Shown: piece after piece, positions 19,704-30,823 of the stretch | Numbering within the stretch: position 1 is the first letter of the stretch | Layout: each line of letters starts with the position of its first letter | Origin: an uncultured Verrucomicrobiae bacterium | GTDB taxonomy: Bacteria > Verrucomicrobiota > Verrucomicrobiia > Limisphaerales > Palsa-1400 | Assembly (NCBI GenBank): GCA_963707025.1 | Contig: CAVPOM010000007.1 | Location: 192,001-256,000 of the forward strand | Length of the DNA stretch: 64,000 bases | Direction: 5' to 3' | Notes under the pieces: model-generated | Seen by the model: only the letters and a program-made list of their open reading frames with translations | The model's database searches: none | What the model was told of the DNA's origin: nothing | Translations under genes and position numbers: made by a program

Positions 19704-21296
19704 TTATGGGTTGCGTTTGGCTAATTCGGCGGCGATCCGCCCCAGCACGGCTTCCGGCAAGGCTGCCCCGGGATGGCCCAGAACCGCCAAATAGAGTTTG
19801 CCTGTCTTGTAAATCGAGAAGCGCGCCTGCCCGGCGGTGAGGGCGACGCTGGTCACCGCCCCCAAATGCATCTCGCCCGCCGACTGGCTGACCCGGCCAA
19901 AAATCTGCGGCAAAAAGGCCGCCACGGTTTCGGGCTTCAAGGCCGGCGGCAAGTGCGCGGCCACGACCAGGCCGTCGCTCATGGCGAGCAGGCTCCCCGC
20001 CACGCCTGCGAGCGCGCAAATTCTCCGGCAGATTTCCGGCGGAGTCCACTCGATCCTGCCCGGCAGCCCAAAAATCTCCCCCAGCACGCCCGGCGCCGCC
20101 GCCGGGGCAAAGGGGGCCGCAGCGGGTGCGGAAACCGCCGTGGCCGGGGCCGCGGCCGTGGCCGGGGCCGTCTTGCCGAAAAGGTTTGGAATATGGCTTG
20201 GAATGTTGGCCGCGCTGGTCAATTTCTTTGGAACGGCCCCGGGACGCCGGTGCGCCAGGAAGAGGGGCGCGACCACTTTCAAGGGCAATTCCAGCGCCGC
20301 TTCCCGGTTGGCCAACGTCTTCTCCGGCGGCGGGGGCTGGAGCCATTGGCATAGCTCAGTCCAGGCGAAAACCACGCGGCCCGCTTTCAGGCCCGGCTCC
20401 AGCCGGTTGATGGGCAGGGCCACGGTCGCGCTTTGCAAATGAACATCGGCGATGGCCTGCAGCACATGCGGCGGCCACGATTCGGAGAGGAGGGAAAGAG
20501 CGACCGGCAGGACTTCGGATTCCGCAACCAGCGGGACTGGTGAGGGCATGGCCGGCGGTTTGGCCGCGGCGAAAGGGAGGGATGACGCCGCGGGCGCGGA
20601 AACTCTCGGCGCGAGGGACGCGAGAGACTCGGTCACTGGCGGCCGGGTAAAATGGGAAGCCCCCGGCTCCGGCGCCGGGGCCTTGGGAACGGACACGGGG
20701 ACGGGTGCGCGGAGTGGCTTGGGAGCGGCGGTGACCGGCCCCTGCAACGTCCGGCCGTGGCCAAAAACGCTGGTGACGCTATCCGGCACGGTGACCAATG
20801 TCTGCCCTGGCCGGCGGGCCAGGAGGACGGGATCCAGGGAGGCCAGGATTTGCGCCAAGGGCAAGGTGACCAGAGACCCGTCATGGGTGGCATTGTCGTA
20901 AAACGTGCCAGGCGGCGCTCCCTGGCGCAATTGACCAAAAGGGATCCTGACCACGCCGGAGGCCAGTTGCTCCAAAACCATCTTGACGGGAAGAGAGAAG
21001 ATCCCGGTGCCCGGCGTTGCGACCAACGCCGCCAGATTCGCTGGAAGGGACGAGAGGATCGGAGTCAGCGGCAGGCTGAGATCTCCGTCTGGATTGGCGA
21101 CGGCGGCCCCTGCGGGAGCGGCCCGGATGGGCGCGGCCGGCGGCCGGACGGGCGGGCGCGGCGGAGGATGGGCTGGTTGGGCGGGAGCGGCCGGCGCCGG
21201 GACCGGCGATGGGGCGTTTTGGGGCCGGATCGCCGGAGTCGAAGACGGCTCCGGCGCGGGCGGCTCAGAGAAGAAACGTTTTAAAAAGCCGAACAT
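19704..21296 (-). CDS. Pro/Ala-rich protein with C-terminal roadblock/LC7 domain
   Basis: MFGFLKRFF start, Pro-rich linkers, C-terminal GVAGSLLAMSDGLVVA..VAAFLPQIF. Confidence 0.78.
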   Translation of the reverse strand: MFGFLKRFFSEPPAPEPSSTPAIRPQNAPSPVPAPAAPAQPAHPPPRPPVRPPAAPIRAAPAGAAVANPDGDLSLPLTPILSSLPANLAALVATPGTGIFSLPVKMVLEQLASGVVRIPFGQLRQGAPPGTFYDNATHDGSLVTLPLAQILASLDPVLLARRPGQTLVTVPDSVTSVFGHGRTLQGPVTAAPKPLRAPVPVSVPKAPAPEPGASHFTRPPVTESLASLAPRVSAPAASSLPFAAAKPPAMPSPVPLVAESEVLPVALSLLSESWPPHVLQAIADVHLQSATVALPINRLEPGLKAGRVVFAWTELCQWLQPPPPEKTLANREAALELPLKVVAPLFLAHRRPGAVPKKLTSAANIPSHIPNLFGKTAPATAAAPATAVSAPAAAPFAPAAAPGVLGEIFGLPGRIEWTPPEICRRICALAGVAGSLLAMSDGLVVAAHLPPALKPETVAAFLPQIFGRVSQSAGEMHLGAVTSVALTAGQARFSIYKTGKLYLAVLGHPGAALPEAVLGRIAAELAKRNP

Positions 21297-21371
21297 GGTA
21301 TAAGCGCAGTAAGAACACTGCCATAGATATCGGCCTGAGTCGAGCAGAACTTGAGTGATTGTCCACGGCAA

Positions 21372-21479
21372 GGCGCATCCCACTTTTTGGACAGTTCCCA
21401 AGCAGGGACGCCGTCCCGATTAGGAATCGGGATCCGCGCCGGCGCAGCGCCGCGACCCTGCCAGAAACTGGGATGCGCC
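21372..21479. mobile_element. MITE-like element, copy 2
   Basis: TIR GGCGCATCCCA..TGGGATGCGCC; internal GCAGGG..CCCTGCC REP with TCCCGATTAGGAATCGGGA. Confidence 0.75.
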
Positions 21480-21555
21480 CTGCCGTCCGTGGCAGGGTAG
21501 AACTGGCTTGCGCCTGGGGCTGGTTGCCGCATCATGGCCGGGCGCCGTCTATTCT

Positions 21556-24500
21556 ATGCACAACAAGTTTATGCTCAACATCCGCCCTTTCGTATTGCTC
21601 GTCTTGCTGGCCTTTTCCCGGCAGGTTTTGGGAGAAACCAACCTCTACACCGGGGACCTCTGGGCCTTGGTGGACAGCCAGCAGGTGATGGCGGCGGCCC
21701 GTGACATCACGCCGGCCAAATACCCCGATTGCGACGAGGCCACCGTCGAGAAGAAAATGGTGCGGGTGTACCGCGCCGACGGCACGGGCCAAAGCCAGGA
21801 CGAGGCCTTCGTCAAGGTGCTGACGGAGAAAGGCAAACGCAACAACCGCACCATTTCGTTGTACTTCATGCTGCCTTATTCCACGGTCGAGGTGGTCAAG
21901 GTGGAAGTGTTGAAGCCGGACGGCGAGGCGGTTGCGGTGGACGTGGCGGCCAATTCCAAGGAGCAGATTGATGACAGCCAGATGAGCATGAACATTTCCG
22001 ATCCCAACAGCCGCCTCCTGCGCGTCAGCCTGCCCAAGGTGGAGATCGGCGACGTGGTCCATTCCGTCACGCGGGAGACCACCGAGCGTCCGATCATGCC
22101 GGGCGAGTTTGCCGAGGAGAATGTGTTTGAAGGGGAAGGATTCCTGCGGCACGCCTCCTACGAGGTTCACGCGCCGCCGGGGCGGCCCTTGCAACACATC
22201 GCTTTAAGGGACGAGATTCCCGGCACGGTGCGGTATTCGACGCAGACCGGCGACGACGGCTCGGTCCTCCACCGCTGGGAGGTCAGCCAGGTGCCGCGCA
22301 TGTTCCCGGAACCGTCCATGCCGCCCGGCGAGATGGTGTTGCAGCGCCTGCTGGTCAGCACCACCCCGGACTGGCAGGCGGTCTCCAAATGGTATTGGGA
22401 ACTGAGCCAGCCGCACCTGGAGGCGACCACGCCGGAAATGAAGGCCGCAGTGGACAAGTTGACGGCGGGGGCCGGGACCGACCTGGAGAAGATCAAGGCG
22501 GTGTTTTATGACGTGTCCAAAAATATTCGCTACATGGGCCTGACGCCGGAGAAGGACCGGCCGGGCTTTGAACCGCATGATGTCAAGATCACTTTCGCCA
22601 AGAAGTACGGAGTTTGCCGGGACAAGGCGGCGCTGCTGGTGGCGCTGCTGCGCGCGGCGGGGTTGCAGGCTTATCCGGTGTTGATCAGCGTCGGGGTGAA
22701 GCGGGACCCGGGGGTGGCCGATCTGTTTTTCAACCACGCCATTGTCAGCGTGGAACTCCGGAAAGGAGAGTATGTGCTGATGGACCCGACCGATGAGCAC
22801 ACGCGCGATTTGCTGCCCTCGGGGGATTGCGACCAGAGTTACCTGGTGTGCCGGCCCGAAGGGGAAGACCTCAAGGTCAGCCCGGTCCCGCCGCCGGAAC
22901 AGCACATGATGCGCATAAAAACGACCGGGGTGATGAGCGCGGCGGGCGGACTGGAGGCGAAGTCGGAACTGGACTTCGAGGGCGTCAACGACGACGCCTA
23001 TCGCAATGCCTTTTCCCACATGAAGCCCGATGACCGGCGGCGGTTTTTCGAGGGCAACCTGAAAGAGGCCCTGCCGGGGGCGCGCCTGAAGTCTTTGCAG
23101 TTGACGCCGGAGGAAATGCTGGATGTCTCGGCGCCGCTGCGGGCGGAACTGGAGTTTTCGGTGGAGAGCATGACGGCCGCCGGCGGCGGAAAATCGGTGG
23201 TGAGCCTGCCCTGGATCGGCAAGAGCCTGGGGGTGGTGAATTTCATCCTCGGCGGCACCGGGCTGGATAAAAGAAAATACCCGTTGCGCACGGAAGTGAC
23301 CTGCGGCCTGGAGGAGGAGGTTTCCGTCGCCCTGGCGGCCGATTATGCCGGCGCGCTGTCCATGCCCTCCTGCTCGCCGGTGGAGGACGAACGCGTCAGC
23401 TACCGGGAAAGCTGCGGGTTCACCAATGGCACGCTGCGGTGCGCGCGGGAGCTGAAATTGAAAGGGGTGGAGTTCACCCCCGCCCAATACTTGACGCTCA
23501 AACAGACCTTGCGGACGATGGAGTACGACCAGCGGAAAGTCCCGGTGCTGGCCACCTCGGGCAAGGCGGCGGCCCCATCCGGGGAGAGCGCGGGCCGCGC
23601 GGCCGCCCTGCCCGTGGAATCCAACGCCAAGATTTTGCAGGTCCACAAGGAGCTGGAGGTGAAGGATGCGCACCGCGCCGTTTACCGGGTGAGCTACTCC
23701 AAGCTCATCCTTAATTACGCGGGCAAGATTCGGGAAGCGGAGGTGAAGGTGGACTACAATCCCTCCTGCCAGGAAGCCAGGCTCCTGCGCGGCGTGGTCA
23801 CTTCCAAAACCGGCCAGCGCCAGGAGATTTCCACCAACGAAATCAACGTGATGGACGCCGGTTGGAACGCCCGGGCCAAACGTTACACCGGGGGGAAGAT
23901 CCTGGTGGCCAACCTGCCGGGGGTGGACATCGGCTCGACCATCGAGGTGGAGTATGAAGTCGCCAGCCAGGGCAAGCCGTTCCTCTCGGGGATTCGAATC
24001 GTTCCAATTGCCGGATGAAATGGAGAAAAAAACATTCGTGTTGACTGCTCCGGCCGGGGTTAAAATCCAGAAAATGGCCGGCGGGGAGGCGGGCCTCATC
24101 CAGGAATCCGACGCGATCAGCGGGGGTTCGAAGAGATGGACCTGGGTGGGCGAAAATGCCCCCGCCCTGCCCACCGAGCCGATGCTGCCCCCGGCCTGGA
24201 TTTACAGTCCCTGCGTGCTGTATTACGTGGGGGACCTGTCCTCTTATCTCAAGGACCTGAACGGCGCCATGCTGCAGCGCTCGCAAAAGCGGGACAAAGC
24301 GGCGGAACTGGCCCGCCAGTTGGCCGGTTCGAGCCAGTCGCGGCTGGAAGCGGTGCGGGCCATTCGCGATTTTGTGGCCAAATCCATCCGCCAAGCGGGG
24401 CCTTCTTTCACCGATTTGCCGTTGACGGAGCTTTCCGACGCCGACACGACGCTGGCCGACGGTTACGGCCACGCGGCGGACCGGGCGATTTTGTTGCATG

Positions 24501-25396
24501 CCATGCTGGCGGCGGCGGGATTCCAGCCGGAGTTTGTGGAGGCTTCCTACTATCCGCCCATCGCGGGGATTACCAGGGTGGCCGGCTCCTTTCCCATGCC
24601 CGATTCCTATGCCGGGCCTTTGGTCCGGGTCAAAGTGGAGGGCCAAACCTACTACCTGAATGACACCGACCAATACGCCCGGCTCGGCGCCACCTCCTAC
24701 GACGGCCGGCTGGGATTGGTTCTCTCCAGCCAGGCCCGCGAAGTCATCCATGCCGCCAAAGGTTGCGAGGACAAAACGGAAACCGACTACACCCTCTCCG
24801 TCTCGGACAGCGGGAAGACGCGGATTGGCGTGGCGCGCCATTATTACGGCAGCGAATTCGGCGGCAAAAATCACTACTTCTCCGAACTGCCGCCGGAGGA
24901 GCGGCGGCGTTACTATCAGGAAATTGTTTCCGGCATGGCCCAGGGGGCGCGGCCCGTCGGCGATCTGGTCACCCTGTTTGACACCTACCCCGGCTTGGAG
25001 CAATACACGGTGGAGATAGATAATTACAGCGTGGTGGACGGCCCCTATCTTTACTTCGATCTGCCCTTCACCCCTTCCCTTTTCGCGGCGGGCGCCGACC
25101 GGCGGGCCTTGCCCATGTACATCTCCTGGCACAGCGAAAACACCGTGCGCACCGAGATCGAATTGCCCGCCGGATTCCGCCATGTGGTCATCGCGCCCAA
25201 GAGCGAGAATCTGCGCGAACCGGACGGGGGCGGCGCCGCCCGCATTACCTCCACGCAGAGCGCCGGCAAGTACGTCATGACCGATGATTTTGAAATCTCG
25301 CCCGCCATCATCAGTCCGCACGACTATGCCGCCCTGCTCAAGGTCGAGTCCACCCTGGGCCGAAAGTCCTCCACCGTGTTCCTTCTCGAGAAGTAG
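21556..25396 (+). CDS. DUF3857/transglutaminase-domain protein (frameshift near 23990)
   Basis: YGVCRDKA and FNHAI triad motifs; second degenerate module (GYGHAADRAILL) continues in another frame after a GGGG run. Confidence 0.82.
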
Positions 25397-25569
25397 CACG
25401 CCGGAAATTACCCCGCGCTTTTTGAGTTGGAAGGCGCTTGCCTGACGGTGTATAGCCAGGGCGCAAGCCTGCGGACAATGACTACAGGGGAACGATCAGC
25501 GGGAAAAATCTGTCACACGGTTTTAACTTTAGGCCGGGCGGGGAAGGGTTTAGGCTTTGGGTTTTGAAG

Positions 25570-26616
25570 ATGCAAGACCGTCGGCGAAATTTTTTCAGCG
25601 ACAATTGCGCGGGGGTTTGCCCGGAGGCGCTGGCCGCCTTGATCGTGGCCAACGCCGGCCACGCCCTGAGTTATGGGGACGATCCGTGGACCCACCGGGC
25701 CGCCGGCCTGATTAGCGATCTGTTTGAAACGAAGTGCGAAGTTTTCTTCGTCTTCAACGGCACGGCCGGCAACGCCCTGGCCCTGGCCGCGATGTGCGCG
25801 CCTTATCACAGCATCCTGTGCCACGAGCTGGCCCACACGGAAACGGGCGAGTGCGCCGCGCCGGAGTTTTTTGCGGGCGGGTCGCGCCTGCAATTGCTGG
25901 GGGGTGCGCATGGGAAAATTGACCCGGCCTCGCTCGAAGAAACGGCCTGCCGGCGGGCCGACGTTCATGCCCCCAAACCGCGCGCCTTGAGCCTCACGCA
26001 GGCGACGGAAACGGGCACGGTTTATTCGCCGGACGAATTGCGGCGCTTGACGGACACGGCGCGGCGGCTGGGGCTGCGCGTGCAGATGGACGGGGCGCGT
26101 TTTGCCAACGCGGTGGCCTGCCTCGGTGTCAAGCCAAGGGAATTGACCTGGGAGGCTGGTGTGGCGGCGCTGGCTTTCGGCGGGACCAAGAACGGGGCGG
26201 CGGTGGGGGAGGCGATTGTTTTTTTCGATCTGGAACTGGCCGGGGAATTTGCCTATCGCCGCAAGCAGGCGGGGCAACTGGCGTCGAAGATGAGGTTTTT
26301 GGCGGCTTCGTGGATTGGCCTGTTGCAGGACGGGGCGTGGCTGCGGCATGCCCGCCACGCCAACAGCATGGCGCGGCGGCTGGAAGCGGCGCTGCGGGAT
26401 CTGCCGCTGCTAAAAGTGGTCCATCCCTGCCAAACCAACGGCGTGTTTGTCTCCCTGCCGCCGGCGTTGATGGCAGGGCTGCGCGCGCGGGGCTGGGAGT
26501 TCCACGACACGCCGGACAGTTGCCGGCTGATGTGCAGTTGGGACACGACCGAGGAGGACGTGGACGCCCTGGCGCAGGATGTGAAGACTCTGGTGAAAAG
26601 CTTGTCAAATATATGA
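25570..26616 (+). CDS. ltaE: low-specificity L-threonine aldolase
   Basis: FFSDNCAG, YGDD, FNGTAGN, MDGARFANA, FGGTKNG, RLMCSWDTT. Confidence 0.9.
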   Translation: MQDRRRNFFSDNCAGVCPEALAALIVANAGHALSYGDDPWTHRAAGLISDLFETKCEVFFVFNGTAGNALALAAMCAPYHSILCHELAHTETGECAAPEFFAGGSRLQLLGGAHGKIDPASLEETACRRADVHAPKPRALSLTQATETGTVYSPDELRRLTDTARRLGLRVQMDGARFANAVACLGVKPRELTWEAGVAALAFGGTKNGAAVGEAIVFFDLELAGEFAYRRKQAGQLASKMRFLAASWIGLLQDGAWLRHARHANSMARRLEAALRDLPLLKVVHPCQTNGVFVSLPPALMAGLRARGWEFHDTPDSCRLMCSWDTTEEDVDALAQDVKTLVKSLSNI

Positions 26617-29240
26617 GAATTCTTGCGCGGCGCGCGGCGCCGTTTTTTCTGGCGGCGGGCATGACGGCGCTCATGGCGGCTGACTTGCCCGGCTTGCGCC
26701 CCGACGGCTCGGTGCTTCTGCCCAACCAATGGTCGTTGCGCCCGGCGGGAAAGCAAATTGCGCTGGGGGATTTCCCGGTCAATATCGCGTTGCATCCGGC
26801 GGGGCGGTTCGCGGCGGTGTTGCATAGCGGCCATGGACGCCATGAAATCATCGTCGTGGACGCGGGCCGGTTCACGGAGGAGGTGCAATCCGGCCATGGA
26901 AAAAATGATCTTGTTGTCAAGGCGCCTGTTGAGAACAAGATGGTTTCGCGCACGCCGGTTCGGGAGTCTTTCTATGGGCTGGCCTTTTCGCCCGACGGCC
27001 GCCAGCTTTTCTGCAGCGGGGCCGGGGACGAAGTCATCCATGTTTTTGCTTTTAAGGAAGGCCAATTGGCGGCGCAGCCGGACATCCGCCTGCGCGCCGC
27101 GGCCGTGCGCGGCATCCCCTGCGGCCTGGCGGTGTCGCGGGATGGCCGCGAGCTTTTTGCCGCCAATGTGTGGGGCCAGTCGGTTTCACGGGTGGAGGTG
27201 GCTGGGCGGACCAACCTGGGGGACATTTTTTTCACGGCGGGCGGCCCAACGCAGGAAAAAGTAGTTGACATCAACCAGCCCGCCGTGCCGGAGGAGCAGG
27301 CCATGCTGACCAAGCGGGCGGAAGCGCCGCTGGACCCGGCCGGGCCGGACGCGCCTTTTCCCTACGCCTGCCAGTTGGATGAAAAGGCGGGGCGTCTTTA
27401 TGTGAGTTTGTGGGCGCAAGCGTGCGTGGCGGTGGTGGATTTGAAGTCGTTCCAGGTCGTGGCCCGGTGGGCGACGCAGGAGCATCCCAACGAAATGGCG
27501 CTGACGAAATCGGGCCGCTTCCTCTTCGTGGCCAACGCCAATCGCAACACCGTCACGGTCCTGGACACCGCGACCGGCCGGCCCGCGGAAACCCTGGATG
27601 CCTCGCTCTCGCCCTCCGGCCTGCCGGGCTCGACGCCCAACAGCCTGGCGCTTTCCCCCGACGGGACAAAACTGTTCGTGGCCAACGCCTGCAACAACAA
27701 CGTGGCCGTGTTCGAGGTCGGCGCCATCGGCCATTCCCGCGCCCTGGGGTTCATCCCGGTGGGATGGTATCCCACGGCGGTGCGCGTCACCCCGGATGGG
27801 CGGCGCCTGCTGGTGGCCAACGGCAAGGGGTTGACCTCCCTGGCCAATCCCAAAGGGCCGCAGCCGGGCATAAGAAGCGAATCCGGCCCGCAGTACATCG
27901 CAGAATTATTTCCCGGCGCGTTGAGCCTCATTGACCTGCCTGTGGGCGGGGACTGGCACGGGAAACTGGCCGCCTGGACCGCGCAGTGCTATCAATGCGC
28001 GCCCCAACCCGGTCTTGCCGCCGCCGCGGTCGCGGCGGACAACCCGGTGCCCGTGGCGGCGGGCCGGCCCAGCCCGATCCAGTATTGCATTTACATCATC
28101 AAGGAAAACCGCACTTACGACCAGTTTCTGGGCGATCTTCCCCAGGGCAACGGGGACCCGGCCCTTTGCCTTTTTCCAAAAAAGGTCACGCCCAACCATC
28201 ACAAGCTGGCCGCCGACTTTGTGCTGCTGGACAATTTTTATGTGGATGCCGAAGTCAGCGCCGACGGCCACGAATGGTCCATGGGAGCCTATGCCAGCGA
28301 CTTTGTGGAGAAGACCTGGCCGGTGAATTACGGGCATAACCGGAGCCGAAAATACCCCTACCCCTCGGAAGGCGGATTTGCCGTGGCCGCGCCCGCCAGC
28401 GGATATATCTGGGACCGGGCGCGCGAGGCGGGCGTGAGTTACCGCAGCTACGGCGAATTCGTCATCGCCGGCAAAAAGGCGGGGGAGCCGAACGGGACGA
28501 GGCTGGCCACGCTGCAAGGGCATATTGATCCGGAGTACCATGGATTTGACATGGGCTATCCTGACGCCAGGCGGGCGGACCGCTTCATCGCCGAACTGCA
28601 TCGTTTTGAAACGGAGGGGGACATGCCGCGCCTGCAAATCGTGCGGCTGCCCGACGACCACACCGCCGGGACGCAGCCCGGCGCCCCGACTCCGGCCGCC
28701 TGCATGGCGGACAACGATCTGGCCCTGGGCCGGGTGGTGGAAGCGGTCAGCCATTCCAAGTTCTGGCCGCAGACGGCGATTTTTGTGCTGGAGGACGACG
28801 CCCAGAACGGGCCGGATCATGTGGACGCCCACCGCAGCCCGGCCTTCGTCATCAGCCCGTATGTGCGGCGGGGCGCGGTGGATTCGACGATGTATTCGAC
28901 CAGCAGCATGTTGCGCACCATGGAGTTGATCCTGGGCCTCAAACCGATGACGCAATTTGACGCGGCGGCCCATCCGATGTTCCAGGCGTTTCAGGCCGCG
29001 CCCGATTTGCGGCCTTACGAGGCGCTGCCCGCAGGGGTGAATTTGAACGAGCGCAACACCCCCGTGGCCTGGGGCAGCGAGGCTTCGCAGAAAATGGATT
29101 TCAGCCGCGAGGACGCGGCGGACGAAACGGCGCTCAATGAAATCATCTGGCGTTCCGTGCGCGGGGCGACCCAGCCGATGCCTGCGCCTGTTCATGCCGC
29201 CTTTGTCTTTGCGCGCCCCCAGGCGGAAGATGATGACTGA
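26613..29240 (+). CDS. YncE-type beta-propeller plus alkaline phosphatase/phosphoesterase protein
   Basis: YVTN-like repeats, IKENRTYD, SADGHEW, EDDAQNGPDHVDAHRS. Confidence 0.88.
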   Translation: MRILARRAAPFFLAAGMTALMAADLPGLRPDGSVLLPNQWSLRPAGKQIALGDFPVNIALHPAGRFAAVLHSGHGRHEIIVVDAGRFTEEVQSGHGKNDLVVKAPVENKMVSRTPVRESFYGLAFSPDGRQLFCSGAGDEVIHVFAFKEGQLAAQPDIRLRAAAVRGIPCGLAVSRDGRELFAANVWGQSVSRVEVAGRTNLGDIFFTAGGPTQEKVVDINQPAVPEEQAMLTKRAEAPLDPAGPDAPFPYACQLDEKAGRLYVSLWAQACVAVVDLKSFQVVARWATQEHPNEMALTKSGRFLFVANANRNTVTVLDTATGRPAETLDASLSPSGLPGSTPNSLALSPDGTKLFVANACNNNVAVFEVGAIGHSRALGFIPVGWYPTAVRVTPDGRRLLVANGKGLTSLANPKGPQPGIRSESGPQYIAELFPGALSLIDLPVGGDWHGKLAAWTAQCYQCAPQPGLAAAAVAADNPVPVAAGRPSPIQYCIYIIKENRTYDQFLGDLPQGNGDPALCLFPKKVTPNHHKLAADFVLLDNFYVDAEVSADGHEWSMGAYASDFVEKTWPVNYGHNRSRKYPYPSEGGFAVAAPASGYIWDRAREAGVSYRSYGEFVIAGKKAGEPNGTRLATLQGHIDPEYHGFDMGYPDARRADRFIAELHRFETEGDMPRLQIVRLPDDHTAGTQPGAPTPAACMADNDLALGRVVEAVSHSKFWPQTAIFVLEDDAQNGPDHVDAHRSPAFVISPYVRRGAVDSTMYSTSSMLRTMELILGLKPMTQFDAAAHPMFQAFQAAPDLRPYEALPAGVNLNERNTPVAWGSEASQKMDFSREDAADETALNEIIWRSVRGATQPMPAPVHAAFVFARPQAEDDD

Positions 29241-29277
29241 GCGTCGCGGCGGGCTTATGCCACTTCGTGAGGGGTCG

Positions 29278-29356
29278 TCTCTTAATCTTAATCCTAATCG
29301 TAATCTTAATCTTAATCTTAATCCGATGTGCTGAGAGATTAAGATTACGATTAAGA
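29278..29356. repeat. palindromic hexamer array (TAATCT/TAATCC)n..(AGATTA)n
   Basis: Left arm about 7 units, right arm GATTAAGATTACGATTAAGA; lies between convergent genes. Confidence 0.85.
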
Positions 29357-29401
29357 ATGGGAGAGCGTGCCTCAAAAAAGTGACATGCCCCCCTCGGCGG
29401 C

Positions 29402-29902
29402 TCAGCCGCCGAATTGCAGGCGCGGGTCATCCTTGAGCATCGCTTCCAGATTGGGCCAGCGCACGTCGTTCATGGTGTAGAAGGCGTTGAGATAGACGGA
29501 GACTTCCTCGGCGGGGTACTTGGAAAGAAGCAGGTCCACGGCGGCTTTGAGGTTGGCGTCCTCCACGGCGGCGGGCAGGTTGTCCACCGCGCCGTCCTTG
29601 TGGACGATGGCCAGCTTGTCCAGAAAGTCGGCGAGCATGGGGGTTTTCTGTTTCATCAGCCAATCGCGCAACAGGTTGGCCGCCATCAGTTCCAGGCGGG
29701 GCCGGGAGAGCATGGCGGTCATTTCGGCATGGCGCGCCGCGCGCGGGCGGCGCTCAAAAAAGGCGGGGCGCAATTTGCGCGCCTCGGCCACGGCGCGGAG
29801 GGCGGCGCGGTAGAGTTCCTTGTTGTTTTCGTGGGCGTGTTCCAGGATGCGCAGCGCCAGGGGCGGCGACATGAAACCGAAGAGTTCGTGCGAGCTGAGC
29901 AT
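29402..29902 (-). CDS. hypothetical protein
   Basis: 166-aa ORF with normal composition filling the gap. Confidence 0.7.
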   Translation of the reverse strand: MLSSHELFGFMSPPLALRILEHAHENNKELYRAALRAVAEARKLRPAFFERRPRAARHAEMTAMLSRPRLELMAANLLRDWLMKQKTPMLADFLDKLAIVHKDGAVDNLPAAVEDANLKAAVDLLLSKYPAEEVSVYLNAFYTMNDVRWPNLEAMLKDDPRLQFGG

Positions 29903-30211
29903 ATCAACCGGACTGGCTTAAGCCAAAAGGGCGGGAACCGCAAGTTTGGGATTTGGGCGATGGCTTTTCAGCGGCGGCAAATCTGCGCCCGAAGGCCAGC
30001 GCGGTTTCACAAATACTGCAGCCGCATGGCACGGTAGATGGATGAATTGCGGGACCAGGTTATGGAGCGCGCCGGGAAAGTCCCCGCGCGCCCGGCGGCA
30101 GCGTTCCAAGGCGCAGCGGACCAGCGCCTGGTTGACCGCGCAGGGCGCGAAGGCGGTTGCCTGGCAAAGGGGATTTTGACAATGGCACGGAGAACGGTTA
30201 GCGTTTTGCAA

Positions 30212-30700
30212 ATGGAACCGTTGCACGCGCCGTGGCGAATTGCCTATATTCTGGGGCCCAAACCGGTCCCCGCCGGCGCCGAGGTTTTCAGCCGCATCGC
30301 CCAATCCCAGGACGACGAAGCCAATTATGTCGTGGTGCGGGAGCGCAGCTGTTACGCGGTGCTCAATCGCTATCCTTACGCGGGCGGGCATTTGCTGGTC
30401 GTTCCCTACAAAAAAACGGCGGACCTGAACGGGCTGACCGACGAGGAGTTGGGCGACTTGATGAAATTGACGCGCCGCTGCCAGAACGCCCTGACGCGGG
30501 TGATGAAACCGGACGGCTTCAACATCGGCTTGAACCTGGGCACGGTGGCGGGGGCGGGCATCACCGATCATGTGCATTTCCACGTCGTGCCGCGCTGGCA
30601 CGGCGACACCAATTTCATGCCGGTGCTGGCCGGCACCACCGTGCTGCCCGAAGCGCTGGCCGAAGTGGCGGCGAAATTGCGCGCCGAACTGGCGCGGTGA
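30212..30700 (+). CDS. HIT family hydrolase (Ap4A phosphorylase-like)
   Basis: LHAPWR, LNRYPYAGGH, GFNIGLN, HVHFHVVPRW.GD.NF. Confidence 0.92.
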   Translation: MEPLHAPWRIAYILGPKPVPAGAEVFSRIAQSQDDEANYVVVRERSCYAVLNRYPYAGGHLLVVPYKKTADLNGLTDEELGDLMKLTRRCQNALTRVMKPDGFNIGLNLGTVAGAGITDHVHFHVVPRWHGDTNFMPVLAGTTVLPEALAEVAAKLRAELAR

Positions 30701-30722
30701 AAGCGAACCGGGATGGAGAATG

Positions 30723-30800
30723 GGATTAAGATCAGGATTGAGATTAAGATTAGGATTAGGATTAAGATAAAGACTAGGAATGAGATTATTAAGATTATGA
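30723..30800. repeat. degenerate hexamer array (GATTAA/GATTAG)n
   Basis: About 12 degenerate units between HIT and phoH. Confidence 0.82.
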
Positions 30801-30823
30801 GAGGGGCTGCAACCCGCTGATTC

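Noticed and set aside
29278..30800. Repeat arrays as CRISPR
   Set aside because: They are tandem hexamers with no unique spacers and no cas genes.
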